Shown here piece by piece: positions 17,188-25,897 of a stretch of 64,000 nucleotides of DNA (position 1 is its first letter; the number at the start of each line of letters is the position of its first letter). The position numbers and the translations under genes were made by a program. Source of the stretch: Lachnospiraceae bacterium (GTDB lineage Bacteria; Bacillota; Clostridia; Lachnospirales; Lachnospiraceae); NCBI GenBank assembly GCA_022793375.1, contig JAAWCS010000040.1, positions 1,157-65,156 of the forward strand. Reading direction: 5' to 3'. The notes beneath the pieces were generated by a model. It searched no databases and had not been told where the DNA came from. It was given only the letters and a program-made list of their open reading frames with translations.

Positions 17188-18099
17188 ATGGCCGTCGAGG
17201 CATTGGTGAATAAAATTATCCCCTTCAGCTCGGTGGACGGCCCGGGCAACCGGACGGCGATTTTTCTGCAGGGCTGTAATTTTGACTGCCGCTATTGCCA
17301 CAACCCGGAGACGATCCATCTGTGCGTCTCCTGCGGGATCTGCGTGGAAAAGTGCCCGACGGGGGCGCTTTCGTGGTCGGAGGAGCCGGAGGATCTGAGG
17401 CATGTCCGACATAAGGACGCAGAGGAACGGGAGCGTCGTCGGCTGCGGCCGGGATACGTAAGATATGACGCGGCGAAATGCGTGTTGTGCGATGCATGTA
17501 TCGGGAACTGCCCTCACGGCAGTTCCCCCCGCATTATCCGCATGACGGCGGAGGCGGCGATGGAGCAGGTACGGCGCCAGATGCCGTATATCCGGGGGGT
17601 CACGGTATCCGGCGGGGAATGCACGAGACAGCGGGATTTTCTGGCGGAGCTGTTTACGATGGCGCAGGCGGAAGGGCTTGACTGCCTGTTAGACAGCAAC
17701 GGGACGCTGGATTTTTCGCAGGATAAGGAGCTTTTGGCAGTGACGGACGGCGTGATGCTGGACATCAAGGCCTTTGACGCGGCGGATCACCGTCTGGTGA
17801 CCGGGCGGGATAATGCGATGGTCCTGGAGAACGCCCGCTACCTGGCGTCGCTTGGAAAGCTGCCGGAGATACGGACCGTGATTGTGCCCGGGCTTTTTGA
17901 CGGGGAAGAGTCGGTGAGACGCACGGCCGAGCTTTTGGCGCCGTATCTGGAGGCGGGCGCGATCCGCTACAAGCTGATCCGCTATCGTCCCATGGGAGTG
18001 CGCAGGGAATACGCGGCGCATCCTACGCCGGATCTGGCTTTTATGGAGAAGTTAAAACGCATGGTAAGCGAAATGGGCTTTACGGCGGTGATCGCCTGA
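17188..18099 (+). CDS. yjjW: YjjW-family glycyl radical enzyme activase (radical SAM)
   Basis: 'GCNFDCRYCHNPE' is the CX3CX2C motif. Two ferredoxin-like clusters, 'CVSCGICVEKCP' and 'CVLCDACIGNCP', are present. The ATG lies 1 nt after the yjjI stop. Confidence 0.8.
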   Translation: MAVEALVNKIIPFSSVDGPGNRTAIFLQGCNFDCRYCHNPETIHLCVSCGICVEKCPTGALSWSEEPEDLRHVRHKDAEERERRRLRPGYVRYDAAKCVLCDACIGNCPHGSSPRIIRMTAEAAMEQVRRQMPYIRGVTVSGGECTRQRDFLAELFTMAQAEGLDCLLDSNGTLDFSQDKELLAVTDGVMLDIKAFDAADHRLVTGRDNAMVLENARYLASLGKLPEIRTVIVPGLFDGEESVRRTAELLAPYLEAGAIRYKLIRYRPMGVRREYAAHPTPDLAFMEKLKRMVSEMGFTAVIA

Positions 18100-18149
18100 A
18101 AATAAGCGGCCGGGCAGGCTGGCGGCATGAAAGAAGGAGGAAGATTTTT

Positions 18150-19694
18150 TTGGGAAATATACGGTCGGTGGACTTAGATGCAAAGGTCATTGAGATGAAG
18201 AATATCGTCAAGAAATTCGGTGATTTCGTCGCCAATGACAATATCAATCTAACCGTCCATAAGGGAGAAATCCACGCAATCCTGGGGGAGAACGGCGCCG
18301 GGAAGAGCACGCTGATGAATGTGCTGTACGGTTTGTACAGGCCTACGTCGGGGGAGATTTATGTAAACGGCAAGAAGGAGGAGATCGACGGGCCGGGCAA
18401 GGCGATCGAGTGCGGGATCGGCATGGTGCATCAGCACTTTATGCTGGTGCAGCCTTTTACGGTGACGGAGAATATCGTTCTGGGGATGGAGCCGATGAAG
18501 GGGATCACCCTGGATATGGCCAAGGCCCGGGAGGATGTAAAGAAGATTTCGGAAAAATACGGCATGGCGGTGGATCCGGATGCCCGCATTGAGGATATTT
18601 CCGTGGGGATGCAGCAGAGGGTGGAGATCTTAAAGGTGCTTTACCGGGGCGCGCAGACGTTGATTCTGGACGAGCCGACGGCTTCTTTAACGCCGCAGGA
18701 GATCCGGGAGCTGATTGCGATCATGGAGAACCTGACGGCGGACGGCAAGTCGATCATCCTGATTACGCATAAGCTCAAGGAGATCAAGGAGTCGGCGGAT
18801 TACTGTACGATTATCCGTCTGGGCAAGTACATCGATACGGTGAAGGTGGCCGATGTGACGGAGCAGGATCTGGCCAGCATGATGGTGGGACGCAACGTCA
18901 CGTTTAAGGTGGAGAAGGAGGATAAGGAGCCGGGCGACGTGGTGCTGGAGGTGAAAGACCTGCACGGCGTTGATTACCGGAAGGTGGAGATCTTAAAGGG
19001 CCTGAGCATTGAGGTACGCCGGGGGGAGATCCTGGGGATCGCCGGGATCGACGGCAACGGCCAGACCGAGCTGGTGGAGATTATCACGGGGCTTCGCAAA
19101 GCGGAGAGCGGCAGCATTACGGTCAACGGGGAAAATATTTTCAATGCCAGGCCGCGCACGATTTTTGAGAAGGGCGTTTCCAGCATTCCGGAGGATCGCC
19201 AGAAGCACGGGCTGGTGCTCGATTTTACGGTGGCGGAGAATATGGTGCTGCAAAATTATCGAAAGCCTGAGTATCAGAGCCATGGCTTTTTGAAAAAGGA
19301 TGCGATCCGTCGGTATGCGGAGGAGGCGGTGAAAAAGTACGATGTGCGTCCGGACGATTCGGCCGGCCGGCCGGCGGGGACGCTTTCGGGCGGCAACCAG
19401 CAGAAGGTGATTATTGCCCGCGAGGTGGATAACGATAAGGATCTGCTGATTGCGGTCAATCCGACCCGCGGGCTGGACGTGGGCGCGATTGAATATGTAC
19501 ATAAGTATATCGTGGAGCAGCGCAACAAGGGCAAGGCGGTGCTGCTGGTTTCCTTTGAACTGGACGAGATTATCAGCCTGTCCGACCGCATCGATGTGAT
19601 TTACGACGGGCATATCGCCGGCTCGATGGCCGGGAAGGATGCCGACGAGAATACGCTGGGCTTGATGATGGCGGGAGGTGTGCGACATGAGTAG
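18150..19694 (+). CDS. ABC transporter ATP-binding protein with duplicated ATPase domains (nucleoside/sugar importer type, NupO/RnsA-like)
   Basis: Two nucleotide-binding domains: 'GENGAGKST' ... 'LILDEPTA', and a second domain with 'LSGGNQQKV'. AGGAGG lies about 11 nt before the TTG start. Confidence 0.85.
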   Translation: MGNIRSVDLDAKVIEMKNIVKKFGDFVANDNINLTVHKGEIHAILGENGAGKSTLMNVLYGLYRPTSGEIYVNGKKEEIDGPGKAIECGIGMVHQHFMLVQPFTVTENIVLGMEPMKGITLDMAKAREDVKKISEKYGMAVDPDARIEDISVGMQQRVEILKVLYRGAQTLILDEPTASLTPQEIRELIAIMENLTADGKSIILITHKLKEIKESADYCTIIRLGKYIDTVKVADVTEQDLASMMVGRNVTFKVEKEDKEPGDVVLEVKDLHGVDYRKVEILKGLSIEVRRGEILGIAGIDGNGQTELVEIITGLRKAESGSITVNGENIFNARPRTIFEKGVSSIPEDRQKHGLVLDFTVAENMVLQNYRKPEYQSHGFLKKDAIRRYAEEAVKKYDVRPDDSAGRPAGTLSGGNQQKVIIAREVDNDKDLLIAVNPTRGLDVGAIEYVHKYIVEQRNKGKAVLLVSFELDEIISLSDRIDVIYDGHIAGSMAGKDADENTLGLMMAGGVRHE

Positions 19695-20742
19695 GAAGAA
19701 GAGTATTTTTGATAACCCGGTATTCCTGACGCTGATGGCTATTTTAGTGGGCTTTATCGTGGGCGCTGTGTTTTTGACGGTCATGGGATATGATCCGGTT
19801 CTTGTTTATACGACCATGATCAGCGGCGCTTTGAGCAAACCGCGGTTTTTGTCGTATTCGGTGGTGTATGCCACGCCGCTTATTTTTGTGGGCTTGTCGG
19901 TAGCGTTTTCGTTCCGCACCGGCGTGTTTAATATCGGCGCGGAGGGGCAGTTTGTGGTGGGCAGCATGGCGGCCTGCCTGGTAGGTATCTTTGTAGAGGC
20001 TCCGCCGGTGATCCATGCGATTTTGTGCTTTTTGGCGGCGGCGGCGGCAGGCGCCGTATGGGGCGTGATCGTGGCGGCGATGAAGGTGAAATGGGGCATC
20101 AATGAGGTGCTTTCCATGATTATGTTTAACTGGATTGCGTTCTATCTGTCCAATTACCTGGTGACGATCCCGGCGATCCACAGCGACGGTACGGCGGAGG
20201 CTACCAAAAATGTGGCGGATTCGGCGAAGATTTTGCTGCCGCAGGCGATGCGGACCGGGCTGGCGCCGTCTGCGAACTGGGGGATTCTGATCGCGCTGGC
20301 GTTTGTGGTGCTTGTGTATCTGATCATTGAAAAAACGACGCTGGGCTATGAGCTGAAGGCCGTGGGCTTTAATAAGAATGCGGCGGAGTATGGCGGTATC
20401 AGTGTGAATAAGGCGGTGTTTACGGCGATGGCGATCTCCGGCGCTCTGGGCGGCATGGGAGGCGCGGTACACCTGTTGGGACTGGGGGAACGGATCAGCC
20501 TTTTTGCCGGGCAGGAGGGCTTTGGATTTGAGGGGATCAGCGTAGCGCTGATCGGCGCGTCGAATCCGATCGGCGTGTTTTTCAGCGGCCTGTTTTACGG
20601 GGCCTTGAAGTACGGGGGCAGCAAGCTGAATCTGATCAAGGCGCCTTCGGAGATTATTAAGGTTATTACGGGGACGATCGTATTCTTTATCGCTATTTCC
20701 CATGTGTTTAAGGTCCTGGGTAAGAAGAAGGAGGGAAAATAA
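19687..20742 (+). CDS. ABC importer permease (BMP-type nucleoside transporter, NupP/RnsC-like)
   Basis: About 350-aa polytopic protein overlapping the ATPase stop. The ORF-track start at 19678 (GTG) is an alternative. Confidence 0.8.
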   Translation: MSRKKSIFDNPVFLTLMAILVGFIVGAVFLTVMGYDPVLVYTTMISGALSKPRFLSYSVVYATPLIFVGLSVAFSFRTGVFNIGAEGQFVVGSMAACLVGIFVEAPPVIHAILCFLAAAAAGAVWGVIVAAMKVKWGINEVLSMIMFNWIAFYLSNYLVTIPAIHSDGTAEATKNVADSAKILLPQAMRTGLAPSANWGILIALAFVVLVYLIIEKTTLGYELKAVGFNKNAAEYGGISVNKAVFTAMAISGALGGMGGAVHLLGLGERISLFAGQEGFGFEGISVALIGASNPIGVFFSGLFYGALKYGGSKLNLIKAPSEIIKVITGTIVFFIAISHVFKVLGKKKEGK

Positions 20743-20744
20743 GT

Positions 20745-21686
20745 ATGGATGGAATCATCAACAGTCTGGGTACATTGATTTATGCGACCCTGATTTACAG
20801 CCCTCCGCTTCTGTTTGCCGCTATGGGTTCGTGTTTTTCGGAGAACAGCGGCGTAGTAAACATCGGGATCGAGGGCATGATGACGATCGGCGCTTTTGCG
20901 GGGGCGGCCGTGGGGTATCTTACGGGCAATGCCTGGCTTGGCTTTCTGTGCGCGGGCCTGGCGGGGGCCGCGTTCGGATTGCTGCATGCCGTGGCGACGG
21001 TGTCTTTAAATGCTGACCAGACGATTGCCGGTACGGCGGTCAATTTCCTGGCTCCCGGCGTGGCGCTTTTGATTTCAAAGGCATTGTTTGATTCTTCGGA
21101 TACGCCGGCGCTTCTGGATGCAAAGCTGCCGATGGTGTTTAACGGTGTGTTTGAGGGGTCTACCGTTTGGTCGCGGTTTTTTAAGAACGTGTTTAATACG
21201 TACAGTACTTCGTATCTGGTGTTTATCGTCGTGCTTGTGGTATGGTTTGTATTCTATAAGACGAAGTTCGGCCTGCGGCTTAGGGCGGTGGGCGAGCATC
21301 CGAAGGCCTGCGATACGCTGGGAATTAACGTACAGCGGATGCGTTATACGGCGGTGATTATTTCCGGTTTCCTTTCGGGGCTGGGCGGCGCTTGCGTGAC
21401 GATGGCGATCACGAATCAGTTCAGGCCGATTTCCATCGTGGGTCAGGGCTTTATCGCGATTGCGGCGGTTATTTTTGGTAAGTTCAGGCCGCAGGGGGCG
21501 ATGATGGCCTGTCTGCTGTTTGGCTTTTGTACCGGCCTGCGGGTGGTGCTGGGATCGAATAACTTTATCTCGGCACAGCTGATCTCGATGATCCCGTATG
21601 TGGTGACGGTCGTGGTGCTAATCCTGTTTGTGGGACGGTCGAGGGTGCCGTCGGCCAATGGGAAGCCTTATGTGAAGTCCAGGTAG
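20745..21686 (+). CDS. ABC importer permease (NupQ/RnsD-like)
   Basis: 313-aa polytopic protein starting 3 nt after the previous stop. This is the typical second permease of BMP-type importers. Confidence 0.8.
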   Translation: MDGIINSLGTLIYATLIYSPPLLFAAMGSCFSENSGVVNIGIEGMMTIGAFAGAAVGYLTGNAWLGFLCAGLAGAAFGLLHAVATVSLNADQTIAGTAVNFLAPGVALLISKALFDSSDTPALLDAKLPMVFNGVFEGSTVWSRFFKNVFNTYSTSYLVFIVVLVVWFVFYKTKFGLRLRAVGEHPKACDTLGINVQRMRYTAVIISGFLSGLGGACVTMAITNQFRPISIVGQGFIAIAAVIFGKFRPQGAMMACLLFGFCTGLRVVLGSNNFISAQLISMIPYVVTVVVLILFVGRSRVPSANGKPYVKSR

Positions 21687-21700
21687 GGTGCAGTAGGGAC

Positions 21701-21851
21701 GCCGCGGGAGCGCGCGGTGTATTCTCCGGGCGCGCTTTCGCTCGGGGGGACACGTAGCGGAACTAGGTTCCCAGTCGCTGTGAACAGCGCCTGCGAACCA
21801 AGGTCCGACGTGTCCCCACGGCCCGGCGAATACACCGCGCGCTCCCGCGGC
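21701..21851 (+). other. 151-nt rod-like hairpin with a small side stem (candidate structured 3'-UTR RNA or palindromic DNA element)
   Basis: The 31-nt arms 21701-21731 and 21821-21851 pair at 30 of 31 positions. Inner stems are ggggacacgt/acgtgtcccc, cgga/tccg, ggttc/gaacc and cgctg-tgaa-cagcg. A bulged mini-hairpin gcg-cttt-cgc lies at 21732-21741. Confidence 0.7.
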
Positions 21852-21886
21852 TGCCTGTTGCAGGCTTCCTGGATTCACATGCGAAG

Positions 21887-21920
21887 GCCGCTGGTGGGGC
21901 GGCTTTTTGTGTTTTTGCTT
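21887..21920 (+). terminator. Candidate intrinsic terminator of the ABC operon
   Basis: gccgc (21887-21891) pairs with gcggc (21899-21903), followed by tttttgtgtttttgctttt. Confidence 0.45.
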
Positions 21921-21924
21921 TTGA

Positions 21925-22050
21925 GGGATGTTTGAAGCGGTTTGGGGAGTTTTTTGGGGTGGTTTTTGGGGATGTTTTTTGGAGATGGGGGTTGGGAATG
22001 AGGATGCGAACGGAGAGGGCGCAGAGGGGGTGGGGTGAGTGTGGAAGGGG
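21925..22050 (+). other. C-poor G/T-rich tract with at least 9 runs of G3-G5 (potential G-quadruplex region) upstream of cdd
   Basis: It reads GGGGAGTTTTTTGGGGTGGTTTTTGGGGATGTTTTTTGGAGATGGGGGTTGGG ... GAGGGGGTGGGGTGAGTGTGGAAGGGG. Only a handful of C residues occur in about 150 nt. Confidence 0.6.
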
Positions 22051-22080
22051 ATTGATTGAGAAAGAAGGAGGAAGATTTTT

Positions 22081-22503
22081 ATGAGTAAGTCGGTGTCGGA
22101 TCGGGAGTTGATTGAGGTGGCGATGAAAGCGCGGGAGATGGCGTATACGCCGTATTCGCATTTTCAGGTGGGCGCGGCTTTGCTTACGAAGGATGGGAAG
22201 GTGTACCCGGGGTGCAATATTGAGAACGCGGGGTACACGCCGAGCAATTGCGCGGAGCGGACGGCTTTCTTTAAGGCGGTGAGCGAGGGGGCGCGGGAGT
22301 TTGCGGCGATCGCGATTGTGGCAGGCATGGAGGGCGGCGAGCTGATCCGCACCGCGCCTTGCGGGGTCTGCCGGCAGGTGATGATGGAGTTTTGCGATCC
22401 GGAGACGTTCCGGATTTTGCTGGCGGTTTCGCCGGATCAGTATGAGGAGTGGACGCTGGAGCGGATGCTGCCGCTGGGATTTGGGCCGAAGGATCTGGCC
22501 TGA
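22081..22503 (+). CDS. cdd: Cytidine deaminase
   Basis: 'NCAERTA' and 'PCGVCRQVM' are the zinc-binding motifs. About 140 aa, the homotetrameric type. Confidence 0.9.
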   Translation: MSKSVSDRELIEVAMKAREMAYTPYSHFQVGAALLTKDGKVYPGCNIENAGYTPSNCAERTAFFKAVSEGAREFAAIAIVAGMEGGELIRTAPCGVCRQVMMEFCDPETFRILLAVSPDQYEEWTLERMLPLGFGPKDLA

Positions 22504-22575
22504 GAGGGGCTGACACAATTTTGCCGTGCGGACGGCCGGGTACGGAATATATGAGGATCACAGGAGGATGAAGCA

Positions 22576-23904
22576 ATGAGAATGTATGATATCATTATGA
22601 AGAAACGGAATGGGGGCGTGCTGTCAAAGGACGAAATCCATTTTATGATCGACGGGTACGTGAAGGGGGAGATCCCGGATTATCAGATGTCGGCGATGAC
22701 GATGGCGATTTATTTCCAGGGAATGAACGATGAGGAGACGACGGAATTGACGCTGGCGATGGCGGCTTCGGGGGATCAGATGGATCTGTCGGGGATTGCG
22801 GGCGTGAAGGTGGATAAGCACAGCACGGGCGGCGTGGGCGACAAGACGACACTGGTGCTGGCGCCGATCGTGGCGGCCTGCGGCGGCCGGGTGGCGAAGA
22901 TGTCGGGGCGCGGGCTGGGACATACCGGCGGGACGCTTGACAAGCTGGAGTCGATCCCCGGGCTGTCGATCGCGGTGGAGCCGGAGCGTTTTGTGCGCAC
23001 GGTCAACGAGATCGGGCTGTGCGTGGCCGGACAGACCGGTAACCTGGTGCCGGCGGATAAAAAGCTGTATGCGCTTAGGGATGTGACGGCGACCGTGGAC
23101 AGCCTGCCGCTGATCGCGTCATCGATTATGAGTAAGAAGCTGGCCTCGGGCAGCGACGCGATTGTGCTGGACGTAAAGACGGGCAGCGGGGCCTTTATGA
23201 AAACGACCGAGGATTCGATCGGGCTGGCGCAGAAGATGGTGGCGATCGGGACGCTGGCGGGCCGAAAGGTGGTGGCGCTGATTACCGATATGGATACGCC
23301 GCTGGGGCATTATGTGGGGAATGCGCTGGAGGTGCAGGAGGCGGTGGCCACGCTAAAGGGGCAGGGACCGGAGGATTTGACCGATGTCTGCCTGACGCTG
23401 GCGGCGAATATGATGGAGCTGTCGGGGCTTGGCGGGTATGAGCAGTGCCTGGCAATGGCAAAACAGTCGATCGCCGACGGCAGCGCGTTTGAGAAGCTCT
23501 GCGCAATGGTTGAGGCGCAGGGCGGAGATGCACGGGTGCTTAAGGATCCGGCGCTGTTTGGGCAGGCGAAGTTTACCGGGGAGCTGCGGGCGCCGGCGGC
23601 CGGCTATGTGCAGCATATCGATACGGAGGGCTGCGGCATCGCGGCGGCGATGCTGGGGGCCGGCCGGGAGAAGAAGGAAGATGATATCGATATGCTGGCC
23701 GGGCTTTATCTGGCGAAGAAGGAGGGAGACCGGGTAGAGGCCGGCGAGATCCTGGCGCTTCTCTATACATGTGAAGAAGAGAAGCTGGATGGCGCCCGGG
23801 AACGGCTGGCGGCCTGCTATCGGATCGGCGAAGAAAAACCGGCGTCCCTGCCCTTGATTCTGGCTAAGGTGACAACGGATCGAGTGGAGCGGTATGACGT
23901 CTGA
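22576..23904 (+). CDS. pdp: Pyrimidine-nucleoside phosphorylase / thymidine phosphorylase
   Basis: 'KHSTGGVGDKT' and 'MSGRGLGHTGGTLDKLESIPG' are the family signature. 442 aa. Confidence 0.9.
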   Translation: MRMYDIIMKKRNGGVLSKDEIHFMIDGYVKGEIPDYQMSAMTMAIYFQGMNDEETTELTLAMAASGDQMDLSGIAGVKVDKHSTGGVGDKTTLVLAPIVAACGGRVAKMSGRGLGHTGGTLDKLESIPGLSIAVEPERFVRTVNEIGLCVAGQTGNLVPADKKLYALRDVTATVDSLPLIASSIMSKKLASGSDAIVLDVKTGSGAFMKTTEDSIGLAQKMVAIGTLAGRKVVALITDMDTPLGHYVGNALEVQEAVATLKGQGPEDLTDVCLTLAANMMELSGLGGYEQCLAMAKQSIADGSAFEKLCAMVEAQGGDARVLKDPALFGQAKFTGELRAPAAGYVQHIDTEGCGIAAAMLGAGREKKEDDIDMLAGLYLAKKEGDRVEAGEILALLYTCEEEKLDGARERLAACYRIGEEKPASLPLILAKVTTDRVERYDV

Positions 23905-23962
23905 GCGAACGGTCTGAGCAGGGCGAAAACCGGCCGGGAATGAGAACATAAGAAGCATGGAT

Positions 23963-24020
23963 ATGGCTTCCGCTTTTTTGGCAAGCGTTGTAAAACGCTT
24001 CCTGAAAAAGTGGAAGCCAT
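23963..24020. terminator. 58-nt near-perfect hairpin between pdp and the PRD regulator gene (likely a terminator)
   Basis: atggcttcc ... ggaagccat forms the outer stem and aagcgtt-gtaa-aacgctt the apex. T- and A-runs within the arms also pair. Confidence 0.5.
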
Positions 24021-24079
24021 TTCATATTTTCAGGGGCAGGTTCCTCTGATACAATAAGCAAAAGAAAGGGGCGGGGCCT

Positions 24080-25897
24080 GTGATCGGGAAGCGAGCGCGC
24101 AGCATCATTTTGGAGATTATCAAAAAGGGGGAAGTGAAAATACAGGATTTGTCCGGCAAATACCGTGTATCTGAGCGCACAATCCGCAGCGACCTGGAAG
24201 AGATCGACTATTTTTTGAAGAAACATAAATGTGACCGAATGGAGCGCCGGGGCAAAGGGGTTGTCTCGATCTGCGGCGGCGCCAGTGTGGCGATGCTGAT
24301 TTACCGCCTGATTAACGAGAGCCGGGTCGTGACAGCCAGTTATTCTCCAAACGAGCGTCTGCTGGAATTGTTTTACCGTCTGGCGATGGCAAAGGAGCCG
24401 GTGCGGCTTACGGATTTGGCAGAGGAATTGCTGGTTTCCAAGAGTACGGTCGTAAAGGATCTGGAGCGGCTGAAGGCGCTTTATCTGCCGCAGGGACTGC
24501 GGTTTGCGGGCAACCATGAGGGAATGGAGCTTTTGGGGGCGGAGGAAGAGATTCGCCGGCAGCTGGTAAAACGTTTTATCGAGACGATGGACAAGCATGC
24601 GGTGATGGATTTGACGAACCGGATCATGCACGAAGAACGGATTACCTACAAAGTATTCTGGCGTCTGTTTGAAGGGGTGGATTTAGAACTGGTATGCGGC
24701 TGCATTGAGTTTTTGAAGGTGGGCCTGGGAGCCTGGCTGTCGGACCGGGAATACTTAAATCTGATGGGGCATTTCTGTATTTTGCTCAAGCGTGCCGCGC
24801 TGGGGCGCCATCCGGCAGAGGGAGAGACATGCGAAGAAAGCCCCTGGGGAGCGTTTTTATCGGAGCAGCTGTACCGATGGCTGGAGGAGACGGCGGGACT
24901 TGACCCGGCGGAGAAACCGTATCTGCGCTACATTGTCTACCTGGCTTCGGCGCCCTTGTATTTGCTGGCGCATCCGCTGCCGGCCGCGGCCGGCCGGGAG
25001 ATCGAGGTCTGGCTGCAGGCCTTTGACTGTGTGGGGAATGCATACATAGAGGAGGGATTGCGGCAGGAGTACGGGCTTTTGCACTGGGAGCGGCAGCTGG
25101 GCATCCCCGGCAGTCCTCCGGTCGTGGAGCTGGAGGAGGGGGCCTTTGCCGCGGTATATGCAAAGCTGGAACCGCTGCTTCCAAAGAGCTTTACCAGGGA
25201 CGAACGATGGCGGATAGCGGCGCATTTCATTGCCGGGACGGATTTTCCGGGGCAGAAGGGGCACAAACGGGTGCTGGTGGTGAGCGATAAACCGAGTTCG
25301 TTTATCCGGCTTTTGATCGATCAGATTGTGCCGATGTTTGACATCGAGATCGTGGGCGTCACGGGGCTTGCACAGCTGTCGAAAAACCGGCGGACACTGC
25401 CGGTGGACTGCATTTTGAGTACCATTCATCTGCAATTGGAAGATATAGAAGTGGCAGAGGTACATCCGCTGTTGAATTTGGAGGATATCGGCGTATTGGA
25501 GCAGCATTTTTTCCCGCGGAAAGCGCCGCCGGAAAGGCCGTTTGCCGCAGATCGCTGCGGGAGGGATACGGAAATTTTGTGGGCCGAGCAGGAGGTCAAG
25601 GACGAGCCGTGCGAAACGGCCGCCGTCCTCTCGCAGCTTTTGCTGTCACAGGGCGGGTGCAGCCTGCCGTTAGCTGGAAGCATTGAAGATACGATACGCA
25701 AACAACGGTTTTTGCTGAGGATTGGCCGCACGCAGATTTTAAACAATCGAAATTATATGACGGTAAAAAAGAACCGGGTGGTAGGATGCCGGCTCCGGGG
25801 CGACGGTCCGGTTAAGGCGGTGATTCTGATCTCGGTGGCGAGCCCGGAGCAGTATCTGGAGGTGGTGTCCGGTTTTTTGACAGGAGGAATCGAATGA
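24080..25897 (+). CDS. PRD domain-containing PTS-controlled transcriptional regulator (MtlR/LicR/BglG-family activator)
   Basis: N-terminal HTH 'IQDLSGKYRVSERTIRSDLEEI'. 605 aa. It sits directly upstream of, and overlaps, the PTS EIIA gene. Confidence 0.7.
   Translation: MIGKRARSIILEIIKKGEVKIQDLSGKYRVSERTIRSDLEEIDYFLKKHKCDRMERRGKGVVSICGGASVAMLIYRLINESRVVTASYSPNERLLELFYRLAMAKEPVRLTDLAEELLVSKSTVVKDLERLKALYLPQGLRFAGNHEGMELLGAEEEIRRQLVKRFIETMDKHAVMDLTNRIMHEERITYKVFWRLFEGVDLELVCGCIEFLKVGLGAWLSDREYLNLMGHFCILLKRAALGRHPAEGETCEESPWGAFLSEQLYRWLEETAGLDPAEKPYLRYIVYLASAPLYLLAHPLPAAAGREIEVWLQAFDCVGNAYIEEGLRQEYGLLHWERQLGIPGSPPVVELEEGAFAAVYAKLEPLLPKSFTRDERWRIAAHFIAGTDFPGQKGHKRVLVVSDKPSSFIRLLIDQIVPMFDIEIVGVTGLAQLSKNRRTLPVDCILSTIHLQLEDIEVAEVHPLLNLEDIGVLEQHFFPRKAPPERPFAADRCGRDTEILWAEQEVKDEPCETAAVLSQLLLSQGGCSLPLAGSIEDTIRKQRFLLRIGRTQILNNRNYMTVKKNRVVGCRLRGDGPVKAVILISVASPEQYLEVVSGFLTGGIE

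Noticed and set aside
21701-21851. Interpreting the long hairpin as 6S RNA or as an integron attC site.
   Set aside because: 6S RNA needs a large central bubble flanked by helices, and this element is paired almost continuously. attC sites have RYYYAAC/GTTRRRY ends and accompany an integrase. Neither is present.
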